A DNA stretch of 64,000 nucleotides from Octopus vulgaris (lineage: Eukaryota), in contig OX597826.1 of assembly GCA_951406725.2 (NCBI GenBank), forward strand, positions 54,560,001-54,624,000, written 5' to 3'. Made by a program: the position numbers and the translations under genes. The notes below the pieces were generated by a model. The model was not told the DNA's origin and did not search any database. It saw nothing but the letters and a program-made list of their open reading frames with translations. Below, in pieces: positions 1 through 14,224 of the stretch; position 1 is the first letter of the stretch, and the number at the start of each line of letters is the position of its first letter.

Positions 1-139
1 AGAAGATGTAATCGAATAGACCCCACCAACAAATTTTCAGGCCTTCTGCCAATAGATAGAAAAGAAATTAATTCTAGATCTATCTGTTTCGAGTTTATAA
101 ATTGTTATGATGTACTCACTTAATATATTTATATTTAAA

Positions 140-549
140 CTAGCAGCTAAGCCCGGTTTCACCCGGTCTGTTTGGAAGATGTGGTTGTGATCGTTTTCGG
201 TTAGGCATAATCTATAACAGCGTTTCTCAACCTTATCATTTCGGGTCCCCTGTTTCGATTGGAGCCTCCACCTGTATAAAAATTTCCTGACCCCACCCCG
301 TCAGAAAACAGCTTCTAAGCAACTGGTTGTTTTAATGGCGGAAGAAAGAGGGGAATTCCATTAGAAAATGTTTTACTCCATTTTCTCGCTAGGTATGGGG
401 GCTCGGAAAAAAATACAAACCGCATTCCAACTTATGCACCCGTCTTCACATGTGTGCCATTTTTCACGCGAATCCACCCAGCCGTTTGGCTGTGAACCTC
501 AAGACAAGAAAGAATACAACGATCGCCCATTTCCAATTTATATTATAGA
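140..549 (-). mobile_element. Non-autonomous Helitron (~410 bp)
   Basis: On the minus strand it begins TC(TATAATATAAA) at 549 and ends CTAG at 143-140. A CCGG-gtgaaa-CCGG hairpin lies 9 nt before the end. It sits between host A (550) and T (139) with no TSD, the canonical Helitron hallmarks. Confidence 0.75.
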
Positions 550-959
550 TATATTAGATGATCGTTCCAGAATTGAAACCGTTACGATGTCTCCACTTCA
601 CGTGGCACTATCGCCTTACCAATTTTTGTACCTCAGAAATATATCTCTTCATCACCAACAGATCTAAATTACAATAATTCCATACTAATTATTTTGGACG
701 AACGGACAAGTTTAGTTCGTCCGTCTGGCGCATTATAAAAGTAAGACCATTACCTAGTTGCTGTAGTGGTTGTTGTTGTGTTTGTTGTTGTGGTGATGAC
801 ACTTTTTCTTTGTATTTTATTTTGGTTGTTTGTTCTTGGTACTTTTTTTTGTTGTTGTGGACGCTTTTGTTGCTTGTGATGTTTTTAGAAAAAAAATTAA
901 AAGGAAAAAAATACACCAGGAAAAATGTCGGAAAGTAAACTACATTATATTTTAATTTC

Positions 960-1056
960 AATTGTGTTGTGTTGTGTGTGTTTGTGTGTGTATATATGAG
1001 TGTGAATATATGTATGTGTATGTATGTATGTATGTATGTACGTATGTGAACGCACT

Positions 1057-1096
<40 letters not shown>

Positions 1097-1171
1097 CACA
1101 CATTCACATATATATAATCATATATGCATATACATACATACATACACACATACATACTTTTATACATACAT

Positions 1172-1202
<31 letters not shown>

Positions 1203-1449
1203 CATTTATACGTAAACACACACACACGCACACACATATATATATTGACATACATATATATTTAATACACGTCTATACATTTACGAAAGGAAGATATATA
1301 TTATACACACATACATAACATACATATATATATGCATACGTGTATAGTTGTACATATACCTATATATCTTATACACCTATACACATATACATATGTGCGA
1401 ATGTATATACACATAGGCACATACATATATGCATATACATATATACATG

Positions 1450-1520
<71 letters not shown>
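960..1520. repeat. Compound (CA/TG)n, (TA)n, (TATG)n microsatellite block
   Basis: Seen directly; pure (GT)n at ~1458-1520. Confidence 0.95.
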
Positions 1521-1521
<1 letters not shown>

Positions 1522-2059
1522 GTGCGTGCGTGGGAGCGCGCTTGCTCGCACGCTTGCTTTATTATTTTATTATCGTCGTCACAAAATGCAACGCTCTGAA
1601 GGGCAAAAAAAAAAGACAAAACAAAAACAAAAACAATAAAAAACAAAAAGAAATTGCTCAGAAAAATTAAGATGCTATGAAATAAACTAAACCAAAACAA
1701 AATAGGCAAACAAATATAACGTCTACAAAGATTCTCAAACAAACACACACAGAGACACATAAACAAACAAAGATCCACAAATTTGTCTGCCAATTAAATC
1801 AAAGAAAATTATTTTTAAAAAAAATGTTTAAAAGAACTAAAAACACACCCCCATCAAAATGGTATGATTTTAAATACAAATAGAAATTGTATGTATATAA
1901 AATATGTCGTGTTTTAGAATTCTTTTAGAGAGAGAGTTTTATAAAAAAATATATATATGTATATTTTAAGAAAATAGCTTTGTTTTACTATCTTGGTTTT
2001 AAATGACTGTTAGATGAAGAGTTGGTGCATAAATAAAGTGTGACAATGGTTGATTATAA

Positions 2060-2372
2060 CGATGATGATGGTGATGGTGGTGGAGGTAGTGGTGGTGATG
2101 ATGACGACTGTGTTGATGGTCGTGTTGGTATGATAGTCGTGTTGGTATGATAGTCGTGTTGGTATGATAGTCGTGATGGTGATGAGAGGATAACGGGTTC
2201 AGTGGTGATGGCGGAAATGCCCCTGTTGGTGCGAAAATTGACGGTATTCGCGATGACGACGACGACGACGACGACAACGACGATGATGGTGGTGGTACGG
2301 TCATGGTGATGATGATGGAGTTGATAGAGAGAATGATGATGATGGTGATGATGGTGATGATGGTGATGGTGG

Positions 2373-2418
<46 letters not shown>

Positions 2419-2663
2419 CATGATGATCATGATCATGATGATCATGATCCTGACTACGAGGGTGACGATAATGATGAAACTGCTGCCTTTGCTGCAGCTG
2501 ATAATGATAACGATGATGATGATGACGACGATGATGAAGACGGCGATGGTGATGATGACGAGGAGGAGGATGATGATGATGATGATGGAGTTGATAGAGA
2601 GAATGATGATGATGGTGACGATGGTGATGGTGGTGACGACGACGACTACGACGACGATGATGA

Positions 2664-2713
<50 letters not shown>

Positions 2714-2900
2714 GCGATTATCATAATAACGATTATGATTCTTCATTTATTGTCCAAAAGCGCCTCAATGACGATGAAAGTTATTCTTCCTTCTTTTTGA
2801 TCCACGATGATGATGATGATGATGATGATGATGATAATGACGAGGAAGACGACGACAACGTGAATGATCATGTTGATCAAAATGTTGAAAATGATGACCA
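2060..2900. repeat. Compound (GAT/GAC/GGT)n trinucleotide array with internal duplications
   Basis: Seen directly. Includes a 17-bp unit tcgtgttggtatgatag x3 (~2120-2172) and the segment gatggagttgatagagagaatgatg present twice (~2314, ~2584). Confidence 0.9.
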
Positions 2901-2969
2901 CAATTTCGATGACAGTGAGTAGTGATTTTCTTTTTAGGTAGTGGATAGCGATTTTCTTCATTACTTCAG

Positions 2970-3480
2970 GGAGTGACGACTCTGCCTGACACGAGTCCCG
3001 GGCTCAGCTGGCATCGGCTGACAGTACCCGGTATGCGCCCCTATCTAGGGTTACGGAAAGGAGACAACCTTCAAAGAAATCCGGAGTGGAGCGCCGTAGG
3101 CGGTTTAGTGTTCGACTCGACACTCTTCCAGCAGCTCCTGCAACCAAGCTGGTGAACTGGCAGAAACGCTAGCACAGCGGGCGAAATGCTTAGCGGTAAT
3201 TCGTCTGCCGCTACGTTCTGAGTTTAAATTCCGCCGAGGTCGACTTTGCCTTTCATCCTTTCAAGGTCGATTAAATAAGTACCAGTTACGCACTGGGGTC
3301 GATGTAATCGACCTAATCCGTTTGTCTGTCCTTGTTTGTTCCCTCTGTGTTTAGCCCCTCGTGGGTAGAAAAGAAATAAGAAATAAGAAACGTTATGCTC
3401 TGCACTCCTTTGGACTACGTCAGCAAGGTCGAGAGAGGAATCCTGACGATTGGGCTACCAAAGATTTTCTTATATATAGC
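2970..3480 (+). mobile_element. Probable RTE-clade LINE 5' UTR fragment split by a SINE
   Basis: GC-rich segment ...cagctcctgcaaccaagctggtg | aaacgttatgctctgcactcctttggactac...gagaggaatcctgacgattggg reads continuously across the SINE at 3148-3388. It resembles RTE 5' UTRs (from recall). Confidence 0.45.
3148..3388 (+). mobile_element. tRNA-derived SINE, family B (Meta/MESC-like central domain)
   Basis: A-box tggcagaaacg and B-box gagtttaaattcc; central gcctttcatcctttc...gtcgat...aagtaccag; AAGAAAT tail. Many near-identical copies in the window. Confidence 0.85.
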
Positions 3481-3600
3481 CCAGGCCTGCGTAAAACTGT
3501 AGAGGAAACTGAAGGGGACATGAAAAGTAAAAATCAGACTACATTAGTTTATGCGCAACTCTATTGACTCCCGAGACAAAAGGATGCCAACAACAACAAT

Positions 3601-3775
3601 GTGGAGGTGCAATGGGCCAGTGGTTAGGGCAGCAGACTCGCGGTCGTAGGAACGCGGTTTCGATTCCCAGACCGGGCATTGTGAGTGTTTATTGGGCAAA
3701 AACATCTAAGCTCCACGAGACTCCGGCGGTGGGGGATGAACCCCGCTCACTCTCACTCTTTCTTCCTACTTCTGC
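3601..3775 (+). mobile_element. tRNA(Arg)-like SINE head, family D (partial)
   Basis: tgggccagtggttagg A-box, TCG anticodon-like loop, ggtttcgattccc B-box; homologous to the head of 43737-44098. Confidence 0.7.
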
Positions 3776-4029
3776 CACAAAACATAGTTTGACCCACTAT
3801 GGTGTGGTAAACTTTCAGACCCTAGTATAGATTGCGAATCATCTGTACCCCAGGATGGTTCAGCTCTCCATCCGTTAAAAGCCACCGTTTACGGAATGAG
3901 AATTACAGCGTAGCTTTCGCGCCCGTGCAACCGCCATTCTATTCTTAGTAGATTAGAGTAGGCTCGAATTAGATACTATTCTTTGTGGCTAATGGCGTGA
4001 GTCCTGATTGGAAGAAGAAGACAACAACA

Positions 4030-4172
4030 ATTTCGATGATGACTATGATGACGATGAAGGCTATGATGATGACGAATGTGGTCATGATGATGAAACAATG
4101 ACAATAACGATGAAGCAACAACGACGATGACGACGATAATATGGACGATGAAGACAGTGACAAACACTACTA

Positions 4173-4256
<84 letters not shown>

Positions 4257-4444
4257 TTTAATAATAATACTGCTGTTGCTGACGCTGTTGCGACTTATGT
4301 TTTATACTGGAAATATTGCGACTCACAGCGCCAGTTCTACCAATAACAACAGTTTTATATTGTTTTTCTCCATTTCTCACAAAAAATATTACTTTCTTAT
4401 TGAATAACCGTAATAATAACGAAAAGAACAGTAACAACGATATC

Positions 4445-4539
<95 letters not shown>

Positions 4540-4544
4540 TAATA

Positions 4545-4596
<52 letters not shown>

Positions 4597-4630
4597 TAAT
4601 AACAATAACAATAATAATATAGATAATAGT
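4030..4630. repeat. (GAT)n, (TAC)n and (AAT)n arrays
   Basis: Seen directly. Confidence 0.95.
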
Positions 4631-4736
4631 AATGTACAGTGTTTTCTTTAATTGCCGCTAGGGCACCCTCTAAAAATTGAAAGAAAAACACTTTGACATC
4701 TCGAGACATTTGAATACAATAAGAAATTACACAATA

Positions 4737-4831
<95 letters not shown>

Positions 4832-5361
4832 TATATATCTGATATATAAATATACATATATATACATATACATGTATATGTATTTATGTATATATATGTA
4901 TATATACATACACACACACACACACATATATATATATAGGTATAGGTGTATGAATTTATACACACACGTATACATCAATGTATATAAAACATTTACTGCA
5001 AATTACTAATAGGGTGTGACTGAAAACATTTGAGCGTGTATCTATGTATTTATCTATGTATGTATCTATCTATCTATCTATCTCCACATATATATATCTA
5101 TATAAATGTATATGTATGTGCATGCGCACACGTATATAACAACACACACACACACACAACAACACACACACACACGCACACACACACACACATATATATA
5201 TATATACGTACACATACATACGCGCACAGATTCAAACAGTCACAGGTATCTATCTTCGTAAGTATTTGTAAGCATATAAATATGAATGTTGGTATGCATG
5301 TACATGTGTGTATATGTATGTGTGTGTATGTACGTGTGACGAGTGGGTGTATGCAGAATCA

Positions 5362-5436
5362 TACTCTTTTACTCTTTTACTCTTTTACTCTTTTATTTGT
5401 TTCAGTCATTTGACTGCGGCCATGCTGGAGCACCGA
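5362..5436 (-). mobile_element. SINE family A 3' fragment
   Basis: Reverse complement of gtgctccagcatggccgcagtcaaatgactgaaac plus the (GTAAAAGA)n tail. Confidence 0.75.
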
Positions 5437-5460
5437 CTTATATACATATAAAGAGAGAGG

Positions 5461-5611
<151 letters not shown>

Positions 5612-5744
5612 GTATATTAGATTTATGTGTGTATATGAAGATATTACCACCTATGTTAACTTTAGATACATTTGGCTAATATTTGGGATGCGTGTCGGTA
5701 TGTGCGTGTATGTATGTAAATGCATGCATACATATACCTGTACT

Positions 5745-5802
<58 letters not shown>

Positions 5803-6317
5803 CATGTATGCATGTGTATATGTATATATGTGTCTGTATATATATTTGTATATATATATATACATGCATATATGTATATATTTACATATATATATATGTA
5901 TGTTTATACGTATATATATATATAAATATATATATGCATATATATATATATATATATATACTAATATTTATGGACCTGGTAAATCTTGATAAGAACAACA
6001 AAAATAATTGTGACAACAATAACGCGATAATAAAACAAACATCTAAATCAATGAAAATAATGTTAAAAAACACTCCAACATATCTACATGAAATAAAATA
6101 TAAAAAAATTACTAATAAACAAAATAAACAAACAACACCTAACAAAACACAGACCGAAATGAACTGATTGATCAATAGTATGAAAATTGGTAAAATTTTT
6201 GAAAAAATCGATAATATAATTTGTACAAACAATGAAATGGCAAATTGACTTGTTAAAAGTTTGAAAAGATACAAGAAATATAAGGAAAAAATGCACAAAC
6301 TTTTAGAACACACACAC

Positions 6318-6352
<35 letters not shown>

Positions 6353-6445
6353 ATATATATAATCATATATATATATATATACATAATTATATACATAATT
6401 ATATATATAGAGAGAGATACACACATATATAAATATATAACTGTG

Positions 6446-6510
<65 letters not shown>

Positions 6511-6631
6511 TTATATATATATATATATATATCCGTGTGTGATGTTCATATATTTTATATGGATATTTTATACGTATATTGTACTAATTTCTGTTATTTA
6601 AAAGTGAGAAAAAAATTAATTTAATTCTTAG

Positions 6632-6708
<77 letters not shown>

Positions 6709-7199
6709 TATGTGTGTGTGTATGTATGTATGTATGTATTTTTTCTTTGTGGTAGGAGAAACTGTTATTTGTAGTATCTTTATTGTTATTGTGTATTTTT
6801 TTCTTGTTGTTGTTTCAAATCGAAAGTAAAATTTGTCTTCGCTGAAGAAAAATCTTTTTTTTCTTTTTTCCTTCTTTGAGTTCTATACATAAGTGTGACA
6901 CACAGAGTTGCAAAGTTTGCGATCGACTTTGACTAATGAGTGATTGTATAAGTGTGAGAATAAATGATATAGAAAGAGAAAAGAAAGCGGAAAAGTGAAA
7001 GAAGGGAGTAGGGAAAGTGAGAGAGTGAGAGAGCTAGAATAATATGCTGAATCAGCATTATATAATCACACACAGACAATTCTATGTGTATACGTGTGCG
7101 TATACATATATATACATATAAATACTTACATATATATTTATATGGATGTATGTATGTTTTTATGTGTGTATAATCAAAAGCACACACAGATATAGATGA

Positions 7200-7385
7200 A
7201 TTTGTCATTTTTCTGGCGTCCATGCTGGGGCATTGCCTTGAAGAATTTCATTTAAACGAGTCGACCCCAATACTTAGATTTTTTTAAAACACGGTACTGA
7301 TACTATCGGCATCTTTGTCGAACCGCTAGTTTGCGGGGTCGTAATCACACCAGCACCAGTTGCCAAGCGCTGGTGGCGACAAACA
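7200..7385 (-). mobile_element. Degenerate SINE family A 3' half
   Basis: catgctggggc...tcgaccccaatact...gaaccgcta...caccagcacc matches family A with many substitutions. Confidence 0.6.
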
Positions 7386-7426
7386 GAGAAACAAAGAAAT
7401 ACATGCACATACAAACATATCTACCT

Positions 7427-7459
<33 letters not shown>

Positions 7460-7804
7460 CACACAAAACACACACAAATGCACATACGCATACACAAAAC
7501 ACACACTCATCACACAGACACGCATAAACACACACATACATACATGCATACATACATACATACATACATGCATACATACATACGATCGCTGAAGACTACT
7601 GTTTTTCTCTCTCCATTTCCCTCTCAATCCTTTCTGTTAAAGAGCGTTGGCACGAAACGTTAAAGACTTTTCTATTTTGCCCGAGCGTTTAACTACCCGC
7701 TTTTTGTTTCTGCACCTGTCTTCGTCGTTGTTTTTTTTTGTAAATTTGAACACACACACACACACACACTCTCTTTCTCTCTCTCTCATGCACACACTCA
7801 CTCT

Positions 7805-7850
<46 letters not shown>

Positions 7851-7909
7851 TATATACAGACATGACATTTTTATGTTTCAGGTTCTATATGTGACTGTTT
7901 AATCATACC

Positions 7910-8890
7910 ATGCACAAAAGAAGCCTTGCAACTGTCTAAATTTCAAAGACGCCGTATTGTAGGTCATTCTGAAGGTGGACATAGTCAGCGAAGAATTGCA
8001 GAAAACCTTGTGATCCCACTTTCTACAGTTAATAGAGTGATTGTGCAATTCACCAGAGAGGAGGAGTTCACACCACCCCGCACAGATCAACCAGGGCCCT
8101 CTGACAGGACCCTTCTCTTGCGTGGAGGATAATCCTTGTTGCAAGGCCTCTGACATAGCAGCACAAGTTGATATCAGTCCCAGAAGAGCTGTCAAGTATC
8201 TCCACAAACTTGGCCACTGTGGCAAAGCAGCAAGAAGGAAGACACTTCTACCAGCCAACATCAAGCAGAGGAAGGATTGGGCCAGTGAGATGGAGGAGAG
8301 GCCACTCGCATTTTGGGACGTTATCATATTTTCTGATGAGCTGTATTTCCCGACAGTGGTCGAGTGTGCGTCTGGAGACTCTGTGGTCAAGAATTTAATG
8401 GGAAAAGATTGCAGCCAACAATGAAACACGGCAGCTATTCTGTGATGGTCCGGGAAGCAATCTGGAGCAATGATTTATCAAAGCTGGTGGAGTGTGAGGG
8501 AAACAGAATCCCGGAAAAATATGTGTCCATTTTCCAGAACGGACTCCTTCCAATTTTTTCCAGTAGTGAAATATTTAAAGAAGTCTCTTTATTTATGAAA
8601 GATGGAACTCCTTGTTGCATGGCTAAAATAAACTAAAATTTGTTGGACGAAAATGGCATTAAAAAGCTTCCATGGCCAAGCCAGTCATCATATATGAACC
8701 TTATTGAACACTTCTTGGACATAATGGACAGGACACTTCAGAAAAGGAATAAGAAAGCATCTTCAGAGTTAGATCTTTTGAGATTACTGCGTGAAACTTG
8801 GCAAGAAATTCCGCAAGAGAATATTCGTCATCTAATCAGTAATATTCCAAATAGGCATTGATAAATGCAAAAGACTTCCGTAATAAATAT
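7910..8890 (+). pseudogene. Decayed Tc1-family (DD34E) transposase
   Basis: Across frameshifts: HTH region [40 protein letters not shown] and WPSQSSYMNLIEH. I count exactly 34 residues between the second D and the E. Stops and frameshifts are present. Confidence 0.9.
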
Positions 8891-9023
8891 CAAATATTCA
8901 CATTATAATTATTAATGAATTATTTGAACATACAAAAGTAATAGGATAGAATAGAGTGTCGCATCAGAATTATTAAGATAAAACTTACTTGGAAAAGGAT
9001 GCGTGGCGTTTAATAATATAGAT

Positions 9024-9099
<76 letters not shown>

Positions 9100-9131
9100 T
9101 ATATACATACTGTGCCCACATATGCATATGT

Positions 9132-9195
<64 letters not shown>

Positions 9196-9783
9196 GAAGA
9201 AGAAGAAGAAGAAGAAGAAAAGAAGAAAAAGTAGAGTAAAAGAAGAAATATGTCCCAATGACGAACTACCTCAGCACACAATTATAAGAACAAAATCAAA
9301 ATAATGCAAACAAATTAACAGTTTCATTGTTTTATTCATGTAAATTTACGAGAATCCCGTGAACTAAACGAGGCTGTGTTTTCCAAAATGGAGGCGAATA
9401 CCTTTCTCCATGTGATCGGCTTGAATAATTGCTAAGACACTTGAATATTTTCTTATTTTTCCTAATATGAAACCAATGGTAGCCTTAATTCACTAATAAA
9501 GAAATTATATCCACCAATGTGATGTTGAGCACTCATTTTGATAGTTCGATATTTACGTATATATATATGATTTTCAAAAATTAATTTAATACGAAACAGA
9601 ACTAAATATTATACAGAATATAACAATTATGGTTGACACTAAGAATCGAAGAGGACATAAATGTCTGCTGTTCCTGCACTTGAATATTCCCGCAACACCT
9701 GCTGCTACTAATTCCACCTTTTCTACGCCTTCTTAAAGATGTTAAGACTTTTTTTCACTCTGTTTTGATATTTCAAGTTTCAC

Positions 9784-9832
<49 letters not shown>

Positions 9833-9902
9833 CTCACGCGCACACACACTTACCATTCATCGCACACACACTTATCATTCATCTCACACATATATACTTA
9901 TA

Positions 9903-10070
9903 GACGTAGGAGTCGCTGTGGGGGTATGTAGCTTGCTTACCAACCACATGGTCCCCGGCTCAGTCCCACTTCGTGGCACCTTGGGTAAGTGTCTTGTACT
10001 ATAGCCTCGGGCCGACCAACGCCTTGTGAGTGGATTTGGTAGACGCAAACTGAAAGAAGCCCGTCGTGTG

Positions 10071-10157
<87 letters not shown>

Positions 10158-10395
10158 GTGTATGTGTGTGTGTGTGTTTGTGTGTTTGTGTGTCTGTATT
10201 TGTCCCTCCCCCAACATCGCTTGACAGCCGATGCTGGTGTGATTACGTCCCCGTAACATAGCGGTTCGGCAAAAGAAACCGATAGAATAAGTACTGGGCT
10301 TACAAAGAATAAGTCCTGGTGCCGATTTGCTCGACTAAAAAACGGCTGTGCTCCAGCATGGCCACAGTCAAATGACTGAAACAAGTAAAAGAGTA
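9903..10395 (+). mobile_element. tRNA-derived SINE, family A (full length, expanded internal TA/TG microsatellite)
   Basis: A/B-box head, gcaccttgggtaagtgtc, ggatttggtagacg, internal microsatellite and cagtcaaatgactgaaac tail. Confidence 0.85.
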
Positions 10396-10847
10396 TATAT
10401 ACATACAAAAGTGAACACACACATACACACATACACACATGTTTTATATTGAAGATGTTGACCTTATAAATACAAGTGTTACGTTGGAAATATTGATTTC
10501 ATCTGACTACACGAAGACATACAGGTGTGTGACCAGGGGTGAGTGCAGGTGTGTTTGTAGGTGTGCGTGTGTGTGTCTGCTGGTGTGTGCGTACGTGTAT
10601 TTCTCTGCGTGTATTATATACGAGAGAGTCTAATTAAGTTAGTGGTTCATTATTGTGGAGATTGTGTTTGGTAATATAACTCAGATGGCACCCGTAACTC
10701 TATCTGTTGTGCAGGTGTTCCACTACCTGACCAGGTACACCCTCAGGACCAAGTAACCAAAGCATGTTCGGTTAGAAATAATGGCCAGCATCTACCTTGG
10801 TGGGTGTGGTGGTAGTGGTGGTGGTGGTGGTGACAACGTAGCTACAG

Positions 10848-11360
10848 TTGCTGCTGCTGCCGCTGCTGCTACCGCTGCTGCTGCCGCTGCTGCTACCGCT
10901 GCTGCTGCCGCTGCTGCTACCGCTGCTGCCGCTGCTGCTGCCGTTGCTTCCGCTGCTACCGCCGCTGCCGCTGCCACCGCTGCTGCTGCCGATGCTGCTG
11001 CTGCTGCTACCGCTGCTGCTGCCGCTGCTGCCACTGCTGCTACCGCTGCTGCGGTTGCTGCTGCGGCTGCTGCTGCGGCTGCTGCTGCCGCTGCTGCTGC
11101 CGCTGCTGCTGCCGCTGCTGCTGCTGCCGCTGCCGCTGCTGCTGCTGCTGCCGCTGCTGCCGCTGCTGCCGCTGCTGCCGCTGCTGCCGCTGCTACCGCT
11201 GCTGCCGCTGCTGTCGCTGCTGCAGCTGCTGCCGCTGCTGTCGTAGCTGCAGCTGCTGCCGCTGCTCCGATGCTGCTGCTGCTGCTGCTGCTGCTGCTAC
11301 TGCCGCCGCTGCTGCCGCTGCTGCCGCTGCTGCCGCTGCTGCCGCTGCTGCCGCTGCTGC

Positions 11361-11412
<52 letters not shown>

Positions 11413-11420
11413 GCTGCTGC

Positions 11421-11457
<37 letters not shown>

Positions 11458-11602
11458 CGCTGCAACTGCTGCACTGCTGCTGCTGCCGCTGCTGCTGCTG
11501 CTGCCGCTGCCACCGCTGCTGTCGCTGCCGCTGCCGCTCCTGCTTCCGCTGTTGCCGCTGCTGCCACCGCTGCTGCTGTTGCCGCCCCTGCTGCTGCTGC
11601 TG
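10848..11602. repeat. Long interrupted (CTG/CCG)n trinucleotide tract
   Basis: Seen directly; ~750 bp GC-rich repeat. Confidence 0.95.
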
Positions 11603-11749
11603 ATGATGATGGTGATAGGGATTAGGATGATGCTATTGATGATAATAAGGGGATTATGATGATGATGATAACGACCACGATCGCGATCACGACTACGCTG
11701 ATGACGGCGACGACGACGACGACGACGACGATGATGATGCGATGGTGGC

Positions 11750-11979
11750 GGTGGCGAGCTGGCAGAAACGTTAGCACGCCAGGCGAAATGCGTCGCTGTA
11801 TTTCGTCTGTCGTTACGTTCTGAGTTCAAATTCCGCCGAGGTCGAATTTGCCTTTCATCCTTTCGGGGTCGATAAATTAAGTACCAGTTACGCACTGGGG
11901 TCGATGTAATCGACTTAATACCTATGTCTGTCTTTGTCCCTTCTGTGTTTAGCCCCTTGTGGGCAATAAAGAAATAGGT
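11750..11979 (+). mobile_element. SINE family B, full length
   Basis: ggcgagctggcagaaacgttagc...gggcaataaagaaatagg. Confidence 0.88.
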
Positions 11980-12820
11980 AATGCTGCTGCTGTTGTTGCT
12001 ACTGACGACAACAAATACGTCAGCAATGACGACGGAAAGAAGGAGAAATAGCTGGAGAGAAAGCGTAAGAGGTCGACGACGATGGCGACGGCGACGGCGA
12101 AGACGATGACGACGATGATGATGGTAGAGACGGCGGTAGTGTTACTACTGCTACTGATGTCAGATGATGGTGACGATGACGATGACGACGACGACGACAT
12201 TTTGAATTTGGTCAGAAAATTTAGATAAGGTGAAGTTTTAGAGAAAACGCGATTTACTTTCAATGGATAGTTTTGTGCAGTTTTATTGCGTAAAGATAAT
12301 GGCTTCACTGCTTTAATCTATGATTGAGACAATAACTATAATAACAAGGAGGTAATCTTGTTTATTGAAAGAGAGAGAGAGAGAGGGAGTGAAAACGAGA
12401 GAGTGAGAGATAGGATGTGGAGGAGGAGGAGGAGGAGGAGGAGGAAAAGAGGCTTTTAGTTCTATTAACGACTCTCTGGTGACGGGGAAATGGACAGTAC
12501 TACTTAATCTAGAGCATTTGTTGTTGTTGTTGTTGTTGTCACTGGCGTAGTCGTTGATGTTGATTCTGTTGTGAACATTATTGCTGTTATTGTTGTTGGT
12601 GTTGAACTTAGTTTTGCTGTAGATAATGTCGTTGTTGTTGAGTTTGCTGTTGTTGTTGTTGTTGATATGGCCGTATTTGCTATGATTGTTAATGCTTTTT
12701 CTTATATTTGCAAGTATAGCGTGTTTGCTTTTTTTTTAAAGTAAAAATTGAAATTATTCAGAAGCAAGCATAGAAACAGAAGTAACAAACGCAAAACAAC
12801 TGTTTACACTTTACATTTTA

Positions 12821-12858
12821 TCTCAATATTTCGAGTTTAATATCCCTTCATCAAGAAT
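12821..12858 (-). ncRNA. Decayed minimal hammerhead motif
   Basis: Minus strand: ttc TTGATGA a ggg-atattaaa-ctc GAAA TATT gag. C3 is changed to U; the stem III region is the palindrome AATATT. Confidence 0.4.
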
Positions 12859-12940
12859 AAAGAAATGAATTACAATATCAAAATAGTATCTTTTGCTCAA
12901 ACGAACTTGTTGGTTTTGGTGTTTTTGGTAATACACTTTC

Positions 12941-13755
12941 TACTATAGGCACAAGGCCTGAAATTTGGTGGAGAGTATAGCCAATTTGATTGATCCCAGT
13001 GTTTAACCGGTACTTATTTCCTCGACCCCCTGATGAATGAAAGGTAATGTCGACCTAGGCGGAATTTGAACTCAGAACATAAAGATGGACGAAATGTCGA
13101 TAAGCATTTTGTCTGGCGTGCTAACAACTTTGTCTGCTCGCTGTCTTCTTCTTGGTAATATAACTGCAGCAGAATCGTTAGCATGTTGGATAAAATGCTT
13201 AGCGGTATTTCGTCTGCCGCTACGTTCTGAGTTCAAATTCCGCCGAGGTCGACTTAGCCTTTCATCCTTTCGGGGCGATTAAATAAGTACTAGTTACGCA
13301 CTGGGGTCGGTATAATCGATTTAATCCGTTTCTCTATCCTTGTTTGTCCCCTCTGTGTTTAGCCCCTTGTGGGCAGTAAAGAAATAGGTATGTGTCCATG
13401 TTCTGAGTTCAAATTCTGCCGAAGTCGACTTTGCCTTCCATTCTTTCGGTAATGGATAAAATAAGTACCAGTTAAACACTGGAATCGATGTAATCAAATC
13501 ACCCACTCCCCGCAAGCTTGCTGGCCTTGAGCGAAAAATTGAAAACTAATAAAACTGCTGCTGTCTGAGGTGGCGAGTTGACAGAATCGTTACCGCGCGG
13601 GAAAGAAAAAAATGCTTAGCGGCATTTTTTTCCGTCTTTAGGTTCTGAATTCAAAGGTCATCGGTGTCGACAAAGTACCAGTGGAAGACTAGGGTTAATT
13701 TTATCGACTAATTCCCTCCCAGCAAATTGTTGGCTTCTCCCAAAATTCGAAGCCA
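12941..13755. mobile_element. Cluster of four family B SINE copies (12941-13142 -, 13167-13390 +, 13399-13545 +, 13568-13755 +)
   Basis: Repeated gttctgagttcaaattc...gtcgac...aagtacca motifs with differing divergence. Confidence 0.8.
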
Positions 13756-14112
13756 ATATAATTGCCGCCATTGTTTTTCTTGACAGTATCGTTTTGTTTC
13801 TACTATTGTTTATTATATTGTTCTTGTTAATTTTTCTTCTGAATGTTGTTGCTGATGATGCTGGTGAGTTGTTTATTGTTCCTGCTGTTGCTAATAGTGA
13901 TGGTGCTGCTGTTGATTTTATTTTGACTTGTTGCTGTTGCAGTTTTTGTAATGAATGATGTTGTTGTTGTCGTTCTTCTTCTTCTTCTTCTTCTTCTTCT
14001 TCTTCTTCTTCTTCTTCTTCTTCTTCTTCTTCTTCTTCTTCTTCTTCTTCGTCTTCTTCTTAAATTGAAAAATACCTTAGGAATGAGAACCCAGGTTCGA
14101 AGTTTCCCCAAG

Positions 14113-14156
14113 ACACACGAAGAAGGCTGGAGGGTATATCAGCCGAAACGTTGTGT
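14113..14156 (+). ncRNA. Decayed PLE-type minimal hammerhead
   Basis: acac [ACGAAGA] a ggctgg-agggtata-tcagcc GAAA C GTT gtgt. Stems I and II are intact, palindromic AACGTT is present, and the CUGA is mutated. Confidence 0.55.
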
Positions 14157-14224
14157 TAACAACAAACAAGACGAGGAAAAATATCCGTCGAATGTAAATA
14201 GTGTAAATAAAGTAAATAATGCAC

